A stretch of 64,000 nucleotides of DNA from Actinomycetota bacterium (GCA_037446725.1 JBBIIC010000010.1:1114-65113), one strand, 5' to 3'; positions 51,505 through 60,342 are shown, counted from the first letter of the stretch. A program made the numbers and translations. The notes: a model not told the origin generated them from the sequence alone.

Positions 51505-54063
51505 CTAGTAGTACCAGTCCGTGACCCCGGGCGCGGTGACATACACGGAGCCGAATATCTCTCCGCCATCGTAGATGTCGTTCCAGTACACGTACACATT
51601 GTAGGGAGCCGCCTGCACCGGGACGTTGTTGATGGTCGAGATGCCGTTCCAAGAGGGCCCGCCGTCGTTGCCGGATGCAATCAGCCGCCCGTTCGTGCTG
51701 TTGCGTACCTCGTAGTACACACTCTCGTTGTTGCCACCCACGAATCCCGTCCACAGCAACCGGAGGGTCGCCGTCGGGCTCGACACGGTGAAGGTCGCCC
51801 TGTTGACGGGCTCGACGTTGCCGACCGAGTCGACCGACCAGAACTCGAGAGTGTGGTTTGCGCTGCCGCCGACTGGCGGCGCGGGCACGTTGACCGTCGT
51901 CCCCGTCTGCTGCGCGCCACCGTTGAGCCGATAGTGTGTGGCTGCGACAGTCGAGTGGGCATCGGTTGCCGTCAGCGTGATGGTGGCTGGTCCGATGTAA
52001 GAGGGCTGCGCGTTCGACGTCGTCACCGGCGGTGTCGTGTCGGCCGCAACCGTGAACAGGGCGGTCTTGCGAGCCTCGCTGTTGCCCAATTTGTCCAGCG
52101 ACCAAAACTGGATCGTGTGCACCCGCGTGCCGGAGAGGGGCGGCAGCACTCGTATGGTGGTGCCCACCTGGACCGGGCCTCCGTCGATCGTGTAGTAGGT
52201 GCGCCTGAGCCCGTGGACGAGCGAGTAGTACGGCACGTCTACGTCCGCAGCGGTCAGCTGGATGGTGGCACCACCGATGTAGGAGGCCACGGCGTTCGAG
52301 TTGGTCAACGGCGGGGTTGTATCTGTCACGTGACACCGTGCGCACAAGTTGAACGAAGCGTAGTCCCAGCCGCCACCCCAGGTCTTATTGTGGCAGCTCC
52401 AGCAGTTGTCGCCGACGTCGAACGGATGGTCGTACGCGATCCCTTCAGTCCGGTGGTTGAAGTCCGAGTGGACAGAGGAATGGCAGCCGCCCTGGCTACA
52501 GGTGGCGGACCACTCCGTGAACGTGTCTCGCGGGGTCGGATGGCACGAGGAGCAATCCGTGCCGTGAACGGTGGCCACGTTGGCGTTGCTGTGACACGGG
52601 TCGCAGGTGTAGGTGTCCCCTTCGATCTGGCTCGTCATCAGCGAGTAGTCGGCCGCGTGGCCGTGAGGCTCGAGTTGAGCGGAGTGGCAGGTGCCGCAGT
52701 CGAAGGTCGGCGACACTCCCGAATGGCACGCATCGCAGCCCGGGAGAGGCTCACCGGTGACCACCGAGCTCCCGAAGTGGATGTCGATCGCGTCTCCGGC
52801 TTCATGGCATGCGGTGCACTCCGTATACTCTTCGGGCACCTCGTGCAGCAACGAATGGCAGTTGAGACAGAGGCCATAACGGGGAGTCGACGCGTCCTCC
52901 ACGGCGGGTTCGATTGGTCTCACCAGGAAGTACTCGACGTCGCTCTCGTGCGGGAACACCTGGAACCGCGGGTTGTCGGTCGACTCCACACTCGGCGAGG
53001 TCGTCACGTTCTCGGAAGCATATGACGTGACCGAGAACTCCTGTCCTGCCAGCAGCGTCGGGTTCGTCCCTCGCTCGGACGGACCGACATCTCGCGCATC
53101 CTCGTGGCACTGCTGACAGATCGGTCCTCTGCCTTGCTGCAACTCGGTGCGCGCGGTCGTCTCCATCGATTCGCGGGGCATGATGTATCCGGCGTTGTCC
53201 TGGCCGAGGCTCCCGATCATGGTCTGCGTGGAGTCGACACCGTCAACGACCGGCAGGCGGTCGTAGTAGTACGCATCGCCCTCCGGCGCGACCAGGTCGT
53301 TCTCGACCGTATGGTCGCGCATGAGACCCGAGTCCTCGCGGTGCTGTCCGACACGTCCCTGGTGGCACGAAGCGCACCAGGCCGTGCCATACACGCCTAC
53401 GGTGGTCTCCGAGCTGCCGGGGGACTGTTTGAGCAGCCGATTGGTCCTGACGGCGTAGGCGGCATCACTTGCGACTGAAGAGCGCAGCCGATCGCCGAGG
53501 AAGGGCTCGATGGTCTCGGTATCGTGCGGTGAATGGCAGTCGCTGCACGTGAGTGTGCCGCCGGGACCCGAAAAGACCCCGGCGCTGCTCGTGGTGCCCA
53601 CCGAGCCGCCGGGGATGACACTCGTCGCCTCAATGCTGTGAGTCGCGGCCGGTTCCAGCCCGGTCCTGGCCTTGATCACACCGTAGACACCGGTCCCACC
53701 CGTCCCGTCGTGGCATGATTCGCAGGTCGCCTTGATCGTGGCCCCCGGCAGGAGCTTCACACCGGCGACCGGCGCCGCGTGAACCGAGTGGCAGGCCTGG
53801 CACTTGTTGGTGCCGGTCGTGAACGCGCCGTGCGGGCCCTTGCGGGTGTCGGCGGTCGGCGTGGTCTCGCTGCTCGACTCGAGGACCGCCTGCTCGGTGA
53901 GCCCGTGACAGTCGATGCACTGACTGCGGGCGACGCCTTCGGGGTAGGTAGCACTCTCGCTGGGATAGGCGAACGCGGCAGCGGCGGTCAGGAAGACCGC
54001 GCACGCCGCAATGGCGGCAACAGCTGCTGCTCTCGACAACCTCATCCGCGCCGATCTCCGCAT
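51505..54063 (-). CDS. Exported pentadecahaem cytochrome c with two tandem Ig-like surface domains and a C-terminal beta-sandwich-like domain
   Basis: 852 aa. Signal peptide (MRLSRAAAVAAIAACAVFLTAAAAFA; start 54063 or 54045). There are 14 CXXCH motifs, at C49, C88, C114, C173, C230, C316, C399, C416, C443, C456, C487, C504, C554 and C574, plus one CX4CH (C522SQGGCH). Repeats at aa 581-674 and 675-762. No LPXTG or SLH motif seen. Confidence 0.9.
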   Translation of the reverse strand: MRRSARMRLSRAAAVAAIAACAVFLTAAAAFAYPSESATYPEGVARSQCIDCHGLTEQAVLESSSETTPTADTRKGPHGAFTTGTNKCQACHSVHAAPVAGVKLLPGATIKATCESCHDGTGGTGVYGVIKARTGLEPAATHSIEATSVIPGGSVGTTSSAGVFSGPGGTLTCSDCHSPHDTETIEPFLGDRLRSSVASDAAYAVRTNRLLKQSPGSSETTVGVYGTAWCASCHQGRVGQHREDSGLMRDHTVENDLVAPEGDAYYYDRLPVVDGVDSTQTMIGSLGQDNAGYIMPRESMETTARTELQQGRGPICQQCHEDARDVGPSERGTNPTLLAGQEFSVTSYASENVTTSPSVESTDNPRFQVFPHESDVEYFLVRPIEPAVEDASTPRYGLCLNCHSLLHEVPEEYTECTACHEAGDAIDIHFGSSVVTGEPLPGCDACHSGVSPTFDCGTCHSAQLEPHGHAADYSLMTSQIEGDTYTCDPCHSNANVATVHGTDCSSCHPTPRDTFTEWSATCSQGGCHSSVHSDFNHRTEGIAYDHPFDVGDNCWSCHNKTWGGGWDYASFNLCARCHVTDTTPPLTNSNAVASYIGGATIQLTAADVDVPYYSLVHGLRRTYYTIDGGPVQVGTTIRVLPPLSGTRVHTIQFWSLDKLGNSEARKTALFTVAADTTPPVTTSNAQPSYIGPATITLTATDAHSTVAATHYRLNGGAQQTGTTVNVPAPPVGGSANHTLEFWSVDSVGNVEPVNRATFTVSSPTATLRLLWTGFVGGNNESVYYEVRNSTNGRLIASGNDGGPSWNGISTINNVPVQAAPYNVYVYWNDIYDGGEIFGSVYVTAPGVTDWYY
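51778..52323 (-). repeat. Tandem duplication encoding two ~90-aa Ig-like domains inside the cytochrome gene
   Basis: DTTPPLTNSNAVASYIGGATIQLTAAD...YYTIDGGPVQVGTTIRV...HTIQFWSLDKLGNSE...FTVAA is followed by DTTPPVTTSNAQPSYIGPATITLTATD...HYRLNGGAQQTGTTVNV...HTLEFWSVDSVGNVE...FTVSS. Confidence 0.8.
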
Positions 54064-54134
54064 CCGCTCACAGACGGAGATCCCACTGAGTACACCATAT
54101 CTGTGATTATGGAATCATCCCTATTCTGGCACCG

Positions 54135-54150
54135 TGTGAGCTACGTCACA
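54135..54150. promoter_or_regulatory. Perfect palindrome TGTGA-GCTACG-TCACA (Rex- or CRP/FNR-type operator candidate) upstream of the cytochrome genes
   Basis: The 18-mer GTGTGAGCTACGTCACAA (54134-54151) matches the Rex consensus TTGTGAA-N4-TTCACAA at 11 of 14 specified positions. It is also identical to the CRP core TGTGA-N6-TCACA. It lies 72-87 nt upstream of the ATG at 54063. A left half-site, TGTGATTATGGAATCA, is at 54102-54117. Confidence 0.5.
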
Positions 54151-54289
54151 ATCATACCCTGGTACGAGGGGTCGTCCGTCGCCGGTCGCACCCGCCTTCA
54201 CACCCATTATGGGCACCTGCCGGAACGCGATGCCCGCGACGGGGGCTCAGACCAGAGAACCTCCACATTCCACGCGGAGTCGCCCCTCG

Positions 54290-55396
54290 CTACCGGGCGA
54301 GCCGCAACACCTGGATCCGGTCGTTCTCCTTGTCCGCGATGAGCAGAAGCTCGCCGTCTTCGGACACGTCGATCCCGTTCGGGAAGTTGAGCTGTGCGGG
54401 CAGGACGCCACGCGTACCTACCGAGGTCTGCGGCGTGCCCTTCCCGTCGAGCAGGACCACCGAGAACGTGAACGCATCTACCACGGCGAAGGTGTCCTCA
54501 TCGACGACCGCGATTCCTCTCGGCAACCCGAACTCGTAGGGTGTCCCCCCCTGCGCGCCCGTCTCCCACATGAATACCCCGTCAAGTGTGAAAGCCTGCA
54601 CCCGGCCGTTGTTCGAGTCGGCGACGAGTACGGTCGAATCCGGCATGATCGCGATCCCGTTCGGCCGCGCGAACTCCCCGGCGCCGCTGCCGGGCCGGCC
54701 GAACTGGCGCACGAACTCGCCGTCCTTGGTGAAGACGACCACCTGGTAGCTGTCGAGCGCATACACGAGATCGCCCCACAGCGCGACGTCGGTGACCGCG
54801 ATCCCGGTGCCGTCCTGTCCTGAGGCGCCGCGCCCCACCACGGTGTTCGGATCGGGGAAGCGTCTCAGGAAACGGCCCTGCTCGTCGAACACCTGGATCT
54901 GGTCGTTGCGGAAGTCGGCGACGTAGACATCACCGTCTTCGTCCACTTCTATACCCAGCGGCGAGTTCATGAGACCCGCCTCCCAGGTGGCCTCGTAGCC
55001 CGGAAGCGGCTTCGTGAGCCCGAACCCACCGAAAACGAAGAGGAAGCGTCCGCTCGGTCCGAACGCTGCCACCCTGTTGTTCTCGGTGTCGACTACGTAG
55101 ATCTTGCCGTCGGGCGCGAACGCCGCGTCCATCGGGCGGTCGAACCCCGGCGCGTCTCCCCTGCCGGGACCCGATATGGTCATCACGGGAGTCAGGCCGG
55201 CAATCGTCTCTCCCCCGCGAGTCACGAACCCGTCGGGCGTGGAGGGGTAGGAGATCATGTAGACGACGAGGCCGATGAGGACGATGGCAAGGAGGACAGC
55301 GGTCAGGATAAGGAGTCGTCTCGCGGACAAGAGACGGACGGCCAGGCCGCCATCATCCGTCGGCGTGACCTCGACCGGCGGCTGCCGTTCGCTCAC
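54290..55396 (-). CDS. Membrane-anchored NHL-repeat six-blade beta-propeller protein
   Basis: 368 aa. TM helix LLILTAVLLAIVLIGLVVYMI, then six NHL-like repeats (FDRPMDAAFAPDGKIYVVDTENNRVAAF, LNSPLGIEVDEDGDVYVADFRNDQIQVF, FARPNGIAIMPDSTVLVADSNNGRVQAF, LNFPNGIDVSEDGELLLIADKENDRIQVL and others). Confidence 0.88.
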   Translation of the reverse strand: MSERQPPVEVTPTDDGGLAVRLLSARRLLILTAVLLAIVLIGLVVYMISYPSTPDGFVTRGGETIAGLTPVMTISGPGRGDAPGFDRPMDAAFAPDGKIYVVDTENNRVAAFGPSGRFLFVFGGFGLTKPLPGYEATWEAGLMNSPLGIEVDEDGDVYVADFRNDQIQVFDEQGRFLRRFPDPNTVVGRGASGQDGTGIAVTDVALWGDLVYALDSYQVVVFTKDGEFVRQFGRPGSGAGEFARPNGIAIMPDSTVLVADSNNGRVQAFTLDGVFMWETGAQGGTPYEFGLPRGIAVVDEDTFAVVDAFTFSVVLLDGKGTPQTSVGTRGVLPAQLNFPNGIDVSEDGELLLIADKENDRIQVLRLAR

Positions 55397-56094
55397 GGTG
55401 TCACCCCCAGACGATTGAGACCCGCGAGCGCCTCCTCGAGACCCGGATCGTAGCTCAGGGCGATCCGGTAGCGCTCCTCGGCCAAGCCTGGCTGTCCGAC
55501 CTGCTCGTAGGCCTCCCCAAGTAATGCCTGCAGGTCAGCGCTATGGGGATCCTCCGAGAGGGCGGGAGGCAGGATCTCCGTGACACGCGCCCACTCCCCC
55601 CGCTCGGCGAGACGCCGGGCGAGAAGTGCCGCTGCCAGCGTGTGGGTTGGCCAGGCTTCCAGGGTCGCCTCAAGGAGCTCTTCTGCCTCGGCCCCACGGC
55701 CGAGTTCGATCAGGCACACGGCACCGTTGTAGAGAGCGGCCGGCTCGTCCTTCCGCACGGACAGCACTGCCTCATACTCCTTGACAGCGTCGGCATACCT
55801 GCCGGATTCCTGGTACGCATAGCCGAGGACAAGCCGCGCGTCTAGATCGTCGGGGTTCGCCTCCAGCGTTGCTGAGAGCTCAGCGATGCGCTCCTCCTGC
55901 GGACCGGCATGCCGTCGTTCCCCGCCGCCAACGGTGAGCACGACGAGCACCCCAGCTCCCACGACCGCAACGGCGAGTACGACGACGAGGGTCACGAGCC
56001 GGCGAGGAGCCTCGGCGGCCGTGTCGCGAACGTCGTTCGGGTCGGTCGGGGCGTCGGGTCCGCTGATCTCGGGTGTGCCGACTTCTAGGGTCAC
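55393..56094 (-). CDS. Membrane-anchored TPR-repeat protein
   Basis: 233 aa. TM helix LVTLVVVLAVAVVGAGVLVVLTV, then TPR repeats (LVLGYAYQESGRYADAVKEYEAVL and others). 4-nt overlaps on both sides. Confidence 0.8.
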   Translation of the reverse strand: MTLEVGTPEISGPDAPTDPNDVRDTAAEAPRRLVTLVVVLAVAVVGAGVLVVLTVGGGERRHAGPQEERIAELSATLEANPDDLDARLVLGYAYQESGRYADAVKEYEAVLSVRKDEPAALYNGAVCLIELGRGAEAEELLEATLEAWPTHTLAAALLARRLAERGEWARVTEILPPALSEDPHSADLQALLGEAYEQVGQPGLAEERYRIALSYDPGLEEALAGLNRLGVTP

Positions 56095-56729
56095 GCAGAC
56101 GCACTCCGTGGGCTGAGGTGGAACGATAGTATCTGCAACTCGCCTGCCACGTCTGCCTGACGAACTTCGACCCCTTCGGGTACCTGAAGCTGAACGGGAG
56201 CGAAGTTCATGATGGCCCGCACACCTGAGGCGACAAGGCGGTCTGCCACCCCCTGCGCGTTAGCCGCCGGCACGGTGATGATGGCAATCTCGACGCCCTC
56301 GCGGTCAACGACCGCCTCGAGGTTGTCCGCGTCTTCGACCGTATGGCCGTCGACGGCCGTCCCGATCTTCGCGGGATCGGCGTCGAGCACCGCGACGACC
56401 TTCATGCCGCGCTCTTCGAACCCCGGGTAGCTCTGCAGCGCGCTGCCGAGGCGCCCATATCCGACGATGGCGACGCGCCGGTGCTCGGTCAGCCCGAGGT
56501 GCTTAGAGAGATGGCTGATGAGCAAGTCGACGTCATAGCCGATGCCCCTCACCCCGAACTCCCCGAGATACGAGAGGTCCTTGCGCACCTGCGCGGCGTT
56601 GGTGCCCGCCATCTCGGCGATCTGCACCGAGTTGACCACGGGCATATGCAACGCGCTCGCCTGAACGAGACAGCGCAGGTAAACCGGCAGGCGTTGTACG
56701 GTCGTGGGAGGGATCTGGGGTGCCTTCAT
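56091..56729 (-). CDS. rex: Redox-sensing transcriptional repressor Rex
   Basis: 212 aa. VQRLPVYLRCL, VRKDLSYLGEFGVRGIGYDV, and Rossmann motif VAIVGYGRLGSAL. Confidence 0.93.
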   Translation of the reverse strand: MKAPQIPPTTVQRLPVYLRCLVQASALHMPVVNSVQIAEMAGTNAAQVRKDLSYLGEFGVRGIGYDVDLLISHLSKHLGLTEHRRVAIVGYGRLGSALQSYPGFEERGMKVVAVLDADPAKIGTAVDGHTVEDADNLEAVVDREGVEIAIITVPAANAQGVADRLVASGVRAIMNFAPVQLQVPEGVEVRQADVAGELQILSFHLSPRSASA

Positions 56730-56776
56730 CCTAAGTCCTCCGGCCGGGTGACTGCAGTATCATTCGCTCTCCGGGT

Positions 56777-58954
56777 CTATGTCCCTGCCGCTCCTGCCGC
56801 CTGGATCATCTCGTCTATGCCCGGGAAGGATGGTTCGAGACGCTTGATGCGTTCGAACTGCTCGAGAGCCTTCTGCGGTTGGCCGTCCCGAAGGTAGATC
56901 TCACCGAGTATCTTGCTCGGGTCGACGTACGCAGGGTCGAGCTCGATCGCGAAGAGCAGCTCTTCGATGGCCGCATCCGTCTGACCCGTGGCGTCGAGCG
57001 CGACCGCGTACTGGAATCGTATACCCGGTCCGAACTCGCTCACCTCGATGCCCTTGCGCGCCCAGCGGAGCGCCTCCTGGAAGTAGCTGGGAGAGAGGGC
57101 CTGGCCCGCGATGTTGTAGACGTTCGCGATGAACATGTAGTTGTCGTACTCGTAGGGCACGAACTCGATCGTCTCGATGAGTGCCGCCTCGGCCGAACGC
57201 AGCGCGGACTCGGCCCGCGCCAGTGTCTCCGAGGTGTCCATACCAGCCTCGGCCTCGGTCCGCTCGCGCTGCAGGTACCCGAGGAACGTCTCGACGCGAA
57301 CGAGGGCGACCTGCGAAAGGTACATGTCGTTGTAGGGATTGAGCCTCACGGCCGCCTCGGCCCGCGCCAGCTTGAGCGAAGAGGTCTCGGCCAGGCGCGC
57401 GTCGAGGTAGTACCGGTCCGCGAGCAGGTAGACGAAATTGCCTACCGAGAGGACGACGACCGCGACGCACACGAGTGCGGCCGCGATGCGGCCCCATCCG
57501 GGTGGCTTGACCTCCACGGCTCGGGCGTCGGGCGACATCAGGGCGGCGAACGCGATCCAGGCCAGGAACGTCGAGCCCGTCACCGAGATGCCGAAGGTCA
57601 GGTGGACCAGGTATCCGATCACCGCCGCCCACATGCCGGAGAGGACGAGGCTTCCGTCGGCGCTGCCGGACAACCCCTGCCGCGCGAAAGCGGTCCTGAA
57701 GGACAGCACGAGCACGGCGATGAACAGGCCGTAGAGCAGCATCATCCCCGGGATCCCGACTCCCGAGGAGAGCTGAAGGACGTAGTTGTGGGCGTTGTCA
57801 GCAACCGACTGGTGACCGGCGGCCGCCGCATACTCCATCGGCTTGAACCCCGGGAAGATCAGGCGGAAGGTGTCCGGCCCGAACCCGAAGAGCGGCCGCT
57901 CCAGGGTCGCACGCCACGCAGCGTCCCAGATCTGGAAGCGTGTCACGGCGCTACCCTGATCGAACTCGGCTATGGACACGAGCCGCTTCCACGCGTTCAT
58001 GACGGGGTCGTCCGCCATCAGGCTGCGTCCAACCACGATGGCGGACAGCACTGCGATCGCACCCGCGAATGACCAGTCTACCGAGGTGAGTGCCGACCTT
58101 CTGCGCCACGCCGCGATTCCGAGCGCGACGATCGCGACAGCCCCCCCTATCCACGCTCCTCGCGTGAACGCCACGACCCAGCAGATCACCGCAAGCACTG
58201 ACCCGGCCCAGTAGACGATCCGCAACCGTTGCTCGCGCTCGGAAAGCGCGAGCGAAAGCGAGATAGGCAGCAGGATCACGAGGAAGCCGCCGAGCAGGTT
58301 CGGGTTCCCGTAGAAGGAGAACGCCCGGTTCGCCTCGAAGGGAAGCTCGGCCCACGACAGCGGATCGAGACCGAGATACTGAAGGACGCCGTAGCCGCTC
58401 ACGAGGACGCCCGAGTAGAAGAGCGTGCGGGCCAGCGCGCGGAGCCGGGAGAGGCGGTCGAGGTATTGGACCGCAAGGAAGTAGACCACCGCGTAGTTGA
58501 TGAGCGACAGCATACCCTCGAAGCGCCGGTACTTGCCAAACACCGCAGTCGCGGGATGTACGGACAGCAACGTCGACACGGCGAACCAGCCGAGCACTGC
58601 CAGAATGAGGTAGTCGATCTTCGTCCGCCTGACCGTGCCCCCGTGAACGAGGATGTGGAGCAACCACCCCGCGAAGGCCACCAGCGTGATGCCGCGCAGG
58701 AAGACGACCTTGATGATGTCGAACTGATCGTACGAGAACGGCCACTCGACGCCGGGCAGCCACGTCCAGTTGGAGATGATCACCGGCACCAGGAAGACCA
58801 TGGCATGCAGTCCGTACCACCCGATGCGCTGCGCGGTGGACATCTCGTCGTTCGACCCGGGCGTCGCGGGGCTCGCAACCTGTGCCGCAGATGACGTCGC
58901 GCGACCCTTCCCGGGTGTACCTTTCCCGCGGGACGCCCCGCCTGACTTGGCCAC
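56777..58954 (-). CDS. O-antigen ligase/polymerase-family (Wzy_C) membrane protein fused to C-terminal TPR domain
   Basis: 725 aa. About 12 TM with the Wzy_C signature region (FTRGAWIGG, RFQIWDAAWRATLERPLFGFGPDTF, NAHNYVLQLSSGVGIPG). The C-terminal ~230 aa carry TPR repeats. Confidence 0.82.
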   Translation of the reverse strand: MAKSGGASRGKGTPGKGRATSSAAQVASPATPGSNDEMSTAQRIGWYGLHAMVFLVPVIISNWTWLPGVEWPFSYDQFDIIKVVFLRGITLVAFAGWLLHILVHGGTVRRTKIDYLILAVLGWFAVSTLLSVHPATAVFGKYRRFEGMLSLINYAVVYFLAVQYLDRLSRLRALARTLFYSGVLVSGYGVLQYLGLDPLSWAELPFEANRAFSFYGNPNLLGGFLVILLPISLSLALSEREQRLRIVYWAGSVLAVICWVVAFTRGAWIGGAVAIVALGIAAWRRRSALTSVDWSFAGAIAVLSAIVVGRSLMADDPVMNAWKRLVSIAEFDQGSAVTRFQIWDAAWRATLERPLFGFGPDTFRLIFPGFKPMEYAAAAGHQSVADNAHNYVLQLSSGVGIPGMMLLYGLFIAVLVLSFRTAFARQGLSGSADGSLVLSGMWAAVIGYLVHLTFGISVTGSTFLAWIAFAALMSPDARAVEVKPPGWGRIAAALVCVAVVVLSVGNFVYLLADRYYLDARLAETSSLKLARAEAAVRLNPYNDMYLSQVALVRVETFLGYLQRERTEAEAGMDTSETLARAESALRSAEAALIETIEFVPYEYDNYMFIANVYNIAGQALSPSYFQEALRWARKGIEVSEFGPGIRFQYAVALDATGQTDAAIEELLFAIELDPAYVDPSKILGEIYLRDGQPQKALEQFERIKRLEPSFPGIDEMIQAAGAAGT

Positions 58955-58962
58955 ACTCGCTC

Positions 58963-60342
58963 CTACCTAGAGCCCCTACCGGTCAATACGACGCGAATGG
59001 TGTCCACGACGATCTGCAGGTCCATGGACAACGTCTGATGATACAGGTAGATGAGATCGTACTTGAGCTTGCGCTCGGCGGTCGTCGCATAATCTCCAGA
59101 GACCTGCGCGAGGCCGGTGACGCCGGGCTTGATGCGGAAGCGCTCGCGATAGCCGGGGATCTCGGCACAGAAACGCTCGGTGAAGTGGGGGCGCTCAGGC
59201 CGCGGGCCGACGAAACTCATCTGGCCGAGCAGGATGTTGACGAGCTGCGGCAGCTCGTCGAGCCGATAGCGCCGCATGAACCGGCCGAAGGGTGTGATGC
59301 GCGGGTCGTCCTCGCTCGCGAGCACCGGCCCGGACTCGCGCTCGGCATCCCGCACCATCGTGCGAAACTTCAGCAGCGTGAAGGGGTGGAGGTTCTTGCC
59401 GGAACGTTCCTGCACGTAGAGGACGGGCAGCCCCATCGTCAGCACGATGCCCATCACGCACAACAGGAGGACGGGCGAGAGCACCACCAGAAGCACCAGC
59501 GCCCCCACTACGTCCACGCCGCGCTTGACCGCACGGTACCAGGCGGGCGTGGCGGCCCGCGTGATCTCCATCAGCGGGATGTCGGCGATGACGCTGTCGA
59601 AGGTCCCGATGAACACCTCGTAGAGCTCAGGCACGACGTCGATGCGCACGTCGAGCTCGTCGGCGACGGTGAGCCGCTCGATGAAGTCCCGCAACTCCAC
59701 GGGAGAGACGACGATCACGCGATCTATGCCACGCTCGGCTACGAGACGCGTCGTATCGTCGATCGTTCCGAGCACCGGCAGCACGCGCCCCTCGTGATCG
59801 AGCGCCTCGACATCGGACTGCGGTTCGTCGAGGGCCACGAGCCCTTCGACCCGGTAGCCCCACCGCGCTCGGCCGCTCAGCTCGCGGGCGAGCTCGCGCG
59901 CGAGCGAACCGGTACCGACCACCAGAATGCGCTGCTCGGGCCAGCGGATGGAGGTCACCCGCATGAAGGCGAGGCGCCAGCCCATCACGAGTCCGACGTT
60001 GATTCCCCAGCTCAGCAGGATGGCAAGACGGGAGAAGGCGAAGAACCGCGGGCCGCCGAAGAACGAGATCGCTGCCGTGAGCACCGTGCCGAACGTCACC
60101 GCCGCGAACGCGGCGCGCAGCAGTGTCCAGGCGTTCTCCGTGCGCTCGGGCTCGTAGAGCCCGTAAATGTAGCCGGCGGCGAGGTAGACCACCGTAAGGA
60201 CCGGAGCGAGCGCGACGTAGGCGTCGAAGTTGAACGCCGGCAGCTCGCCGCCGAAGCGGATGTAGAACGCCGCGATGATGCCGAGGTTGATGAGCACCGC
60301 GTCGAGTACGACGGCCAGCGCGATGAACCGTCCGCGCCTCAC
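58963..60342 (-). CDS. Polyprenyl-phosphate sugar-1-phosphate transferase (WbaP/EpsB-type initiating glycosyltransferase)
   Basis: 459 aa. N-terminal TM bundle. C-terminal bacterial sugar transferase domain (DELPQLVNILLGQMSFVGPRPERP, KPGVTGLAQVSG). Confidence 0.9.
   Translation of the reverse strand: MRRGRFIALAVVLDAVLINLGIIAAFYIRFGGELPAFNFDAYVALAPVLTVVYLAAGYIYGLYEPERTENAWTLLRAAFAAVTFGTVLTAAISFFGGPRFFAFSRLAILLSWGINVGLVMGWRLAFMRVTSIRWPEQRILVVGTGSLARELARELSGRARWGYRVEGLVALDEPQSDVEALDHEGRVLPVLGTIDDTTRLVAERGIDRVIVVSPVELRDFIERLTVADELDVRIDVVPELYEVFIGTFDSVIADIPLMEITRAATPAWYRAVKRGVDVVGALVLLVVLSPVLLLCVMGIVLTMGLPVLYVQERSGKNLHPFTLLKFRTMVRDAERESGPVLASEDDPRITPFGRFMRRYRLDELPQLVNILLGQMSFVGPRPERPHFTERFCAEIPGYRERFRIKPGVTGLAQVSGDYATTAERKLKYDLIYLYHQTLSMDLQIVVDTIRVVLTGRGSR

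Noticed and set aside
49608-51524. 638-aa plus-strand ORF
   Set aside because: It is antisense to the radical SAM gene 5' end and the whole 12-haem cytochrome gene. The minus-strand frame carries 12 regularly spaced haem-binding motifs, which cannot be chance.
54102-54117. A second full Rex/CRP operator upstream of the cytochrome genes
   Set aside because: Only the left half (TGTGA) matches. The right half (AATCA) does not match TCACA. I kept it as a note within the promoter finding rather than as an independent site.
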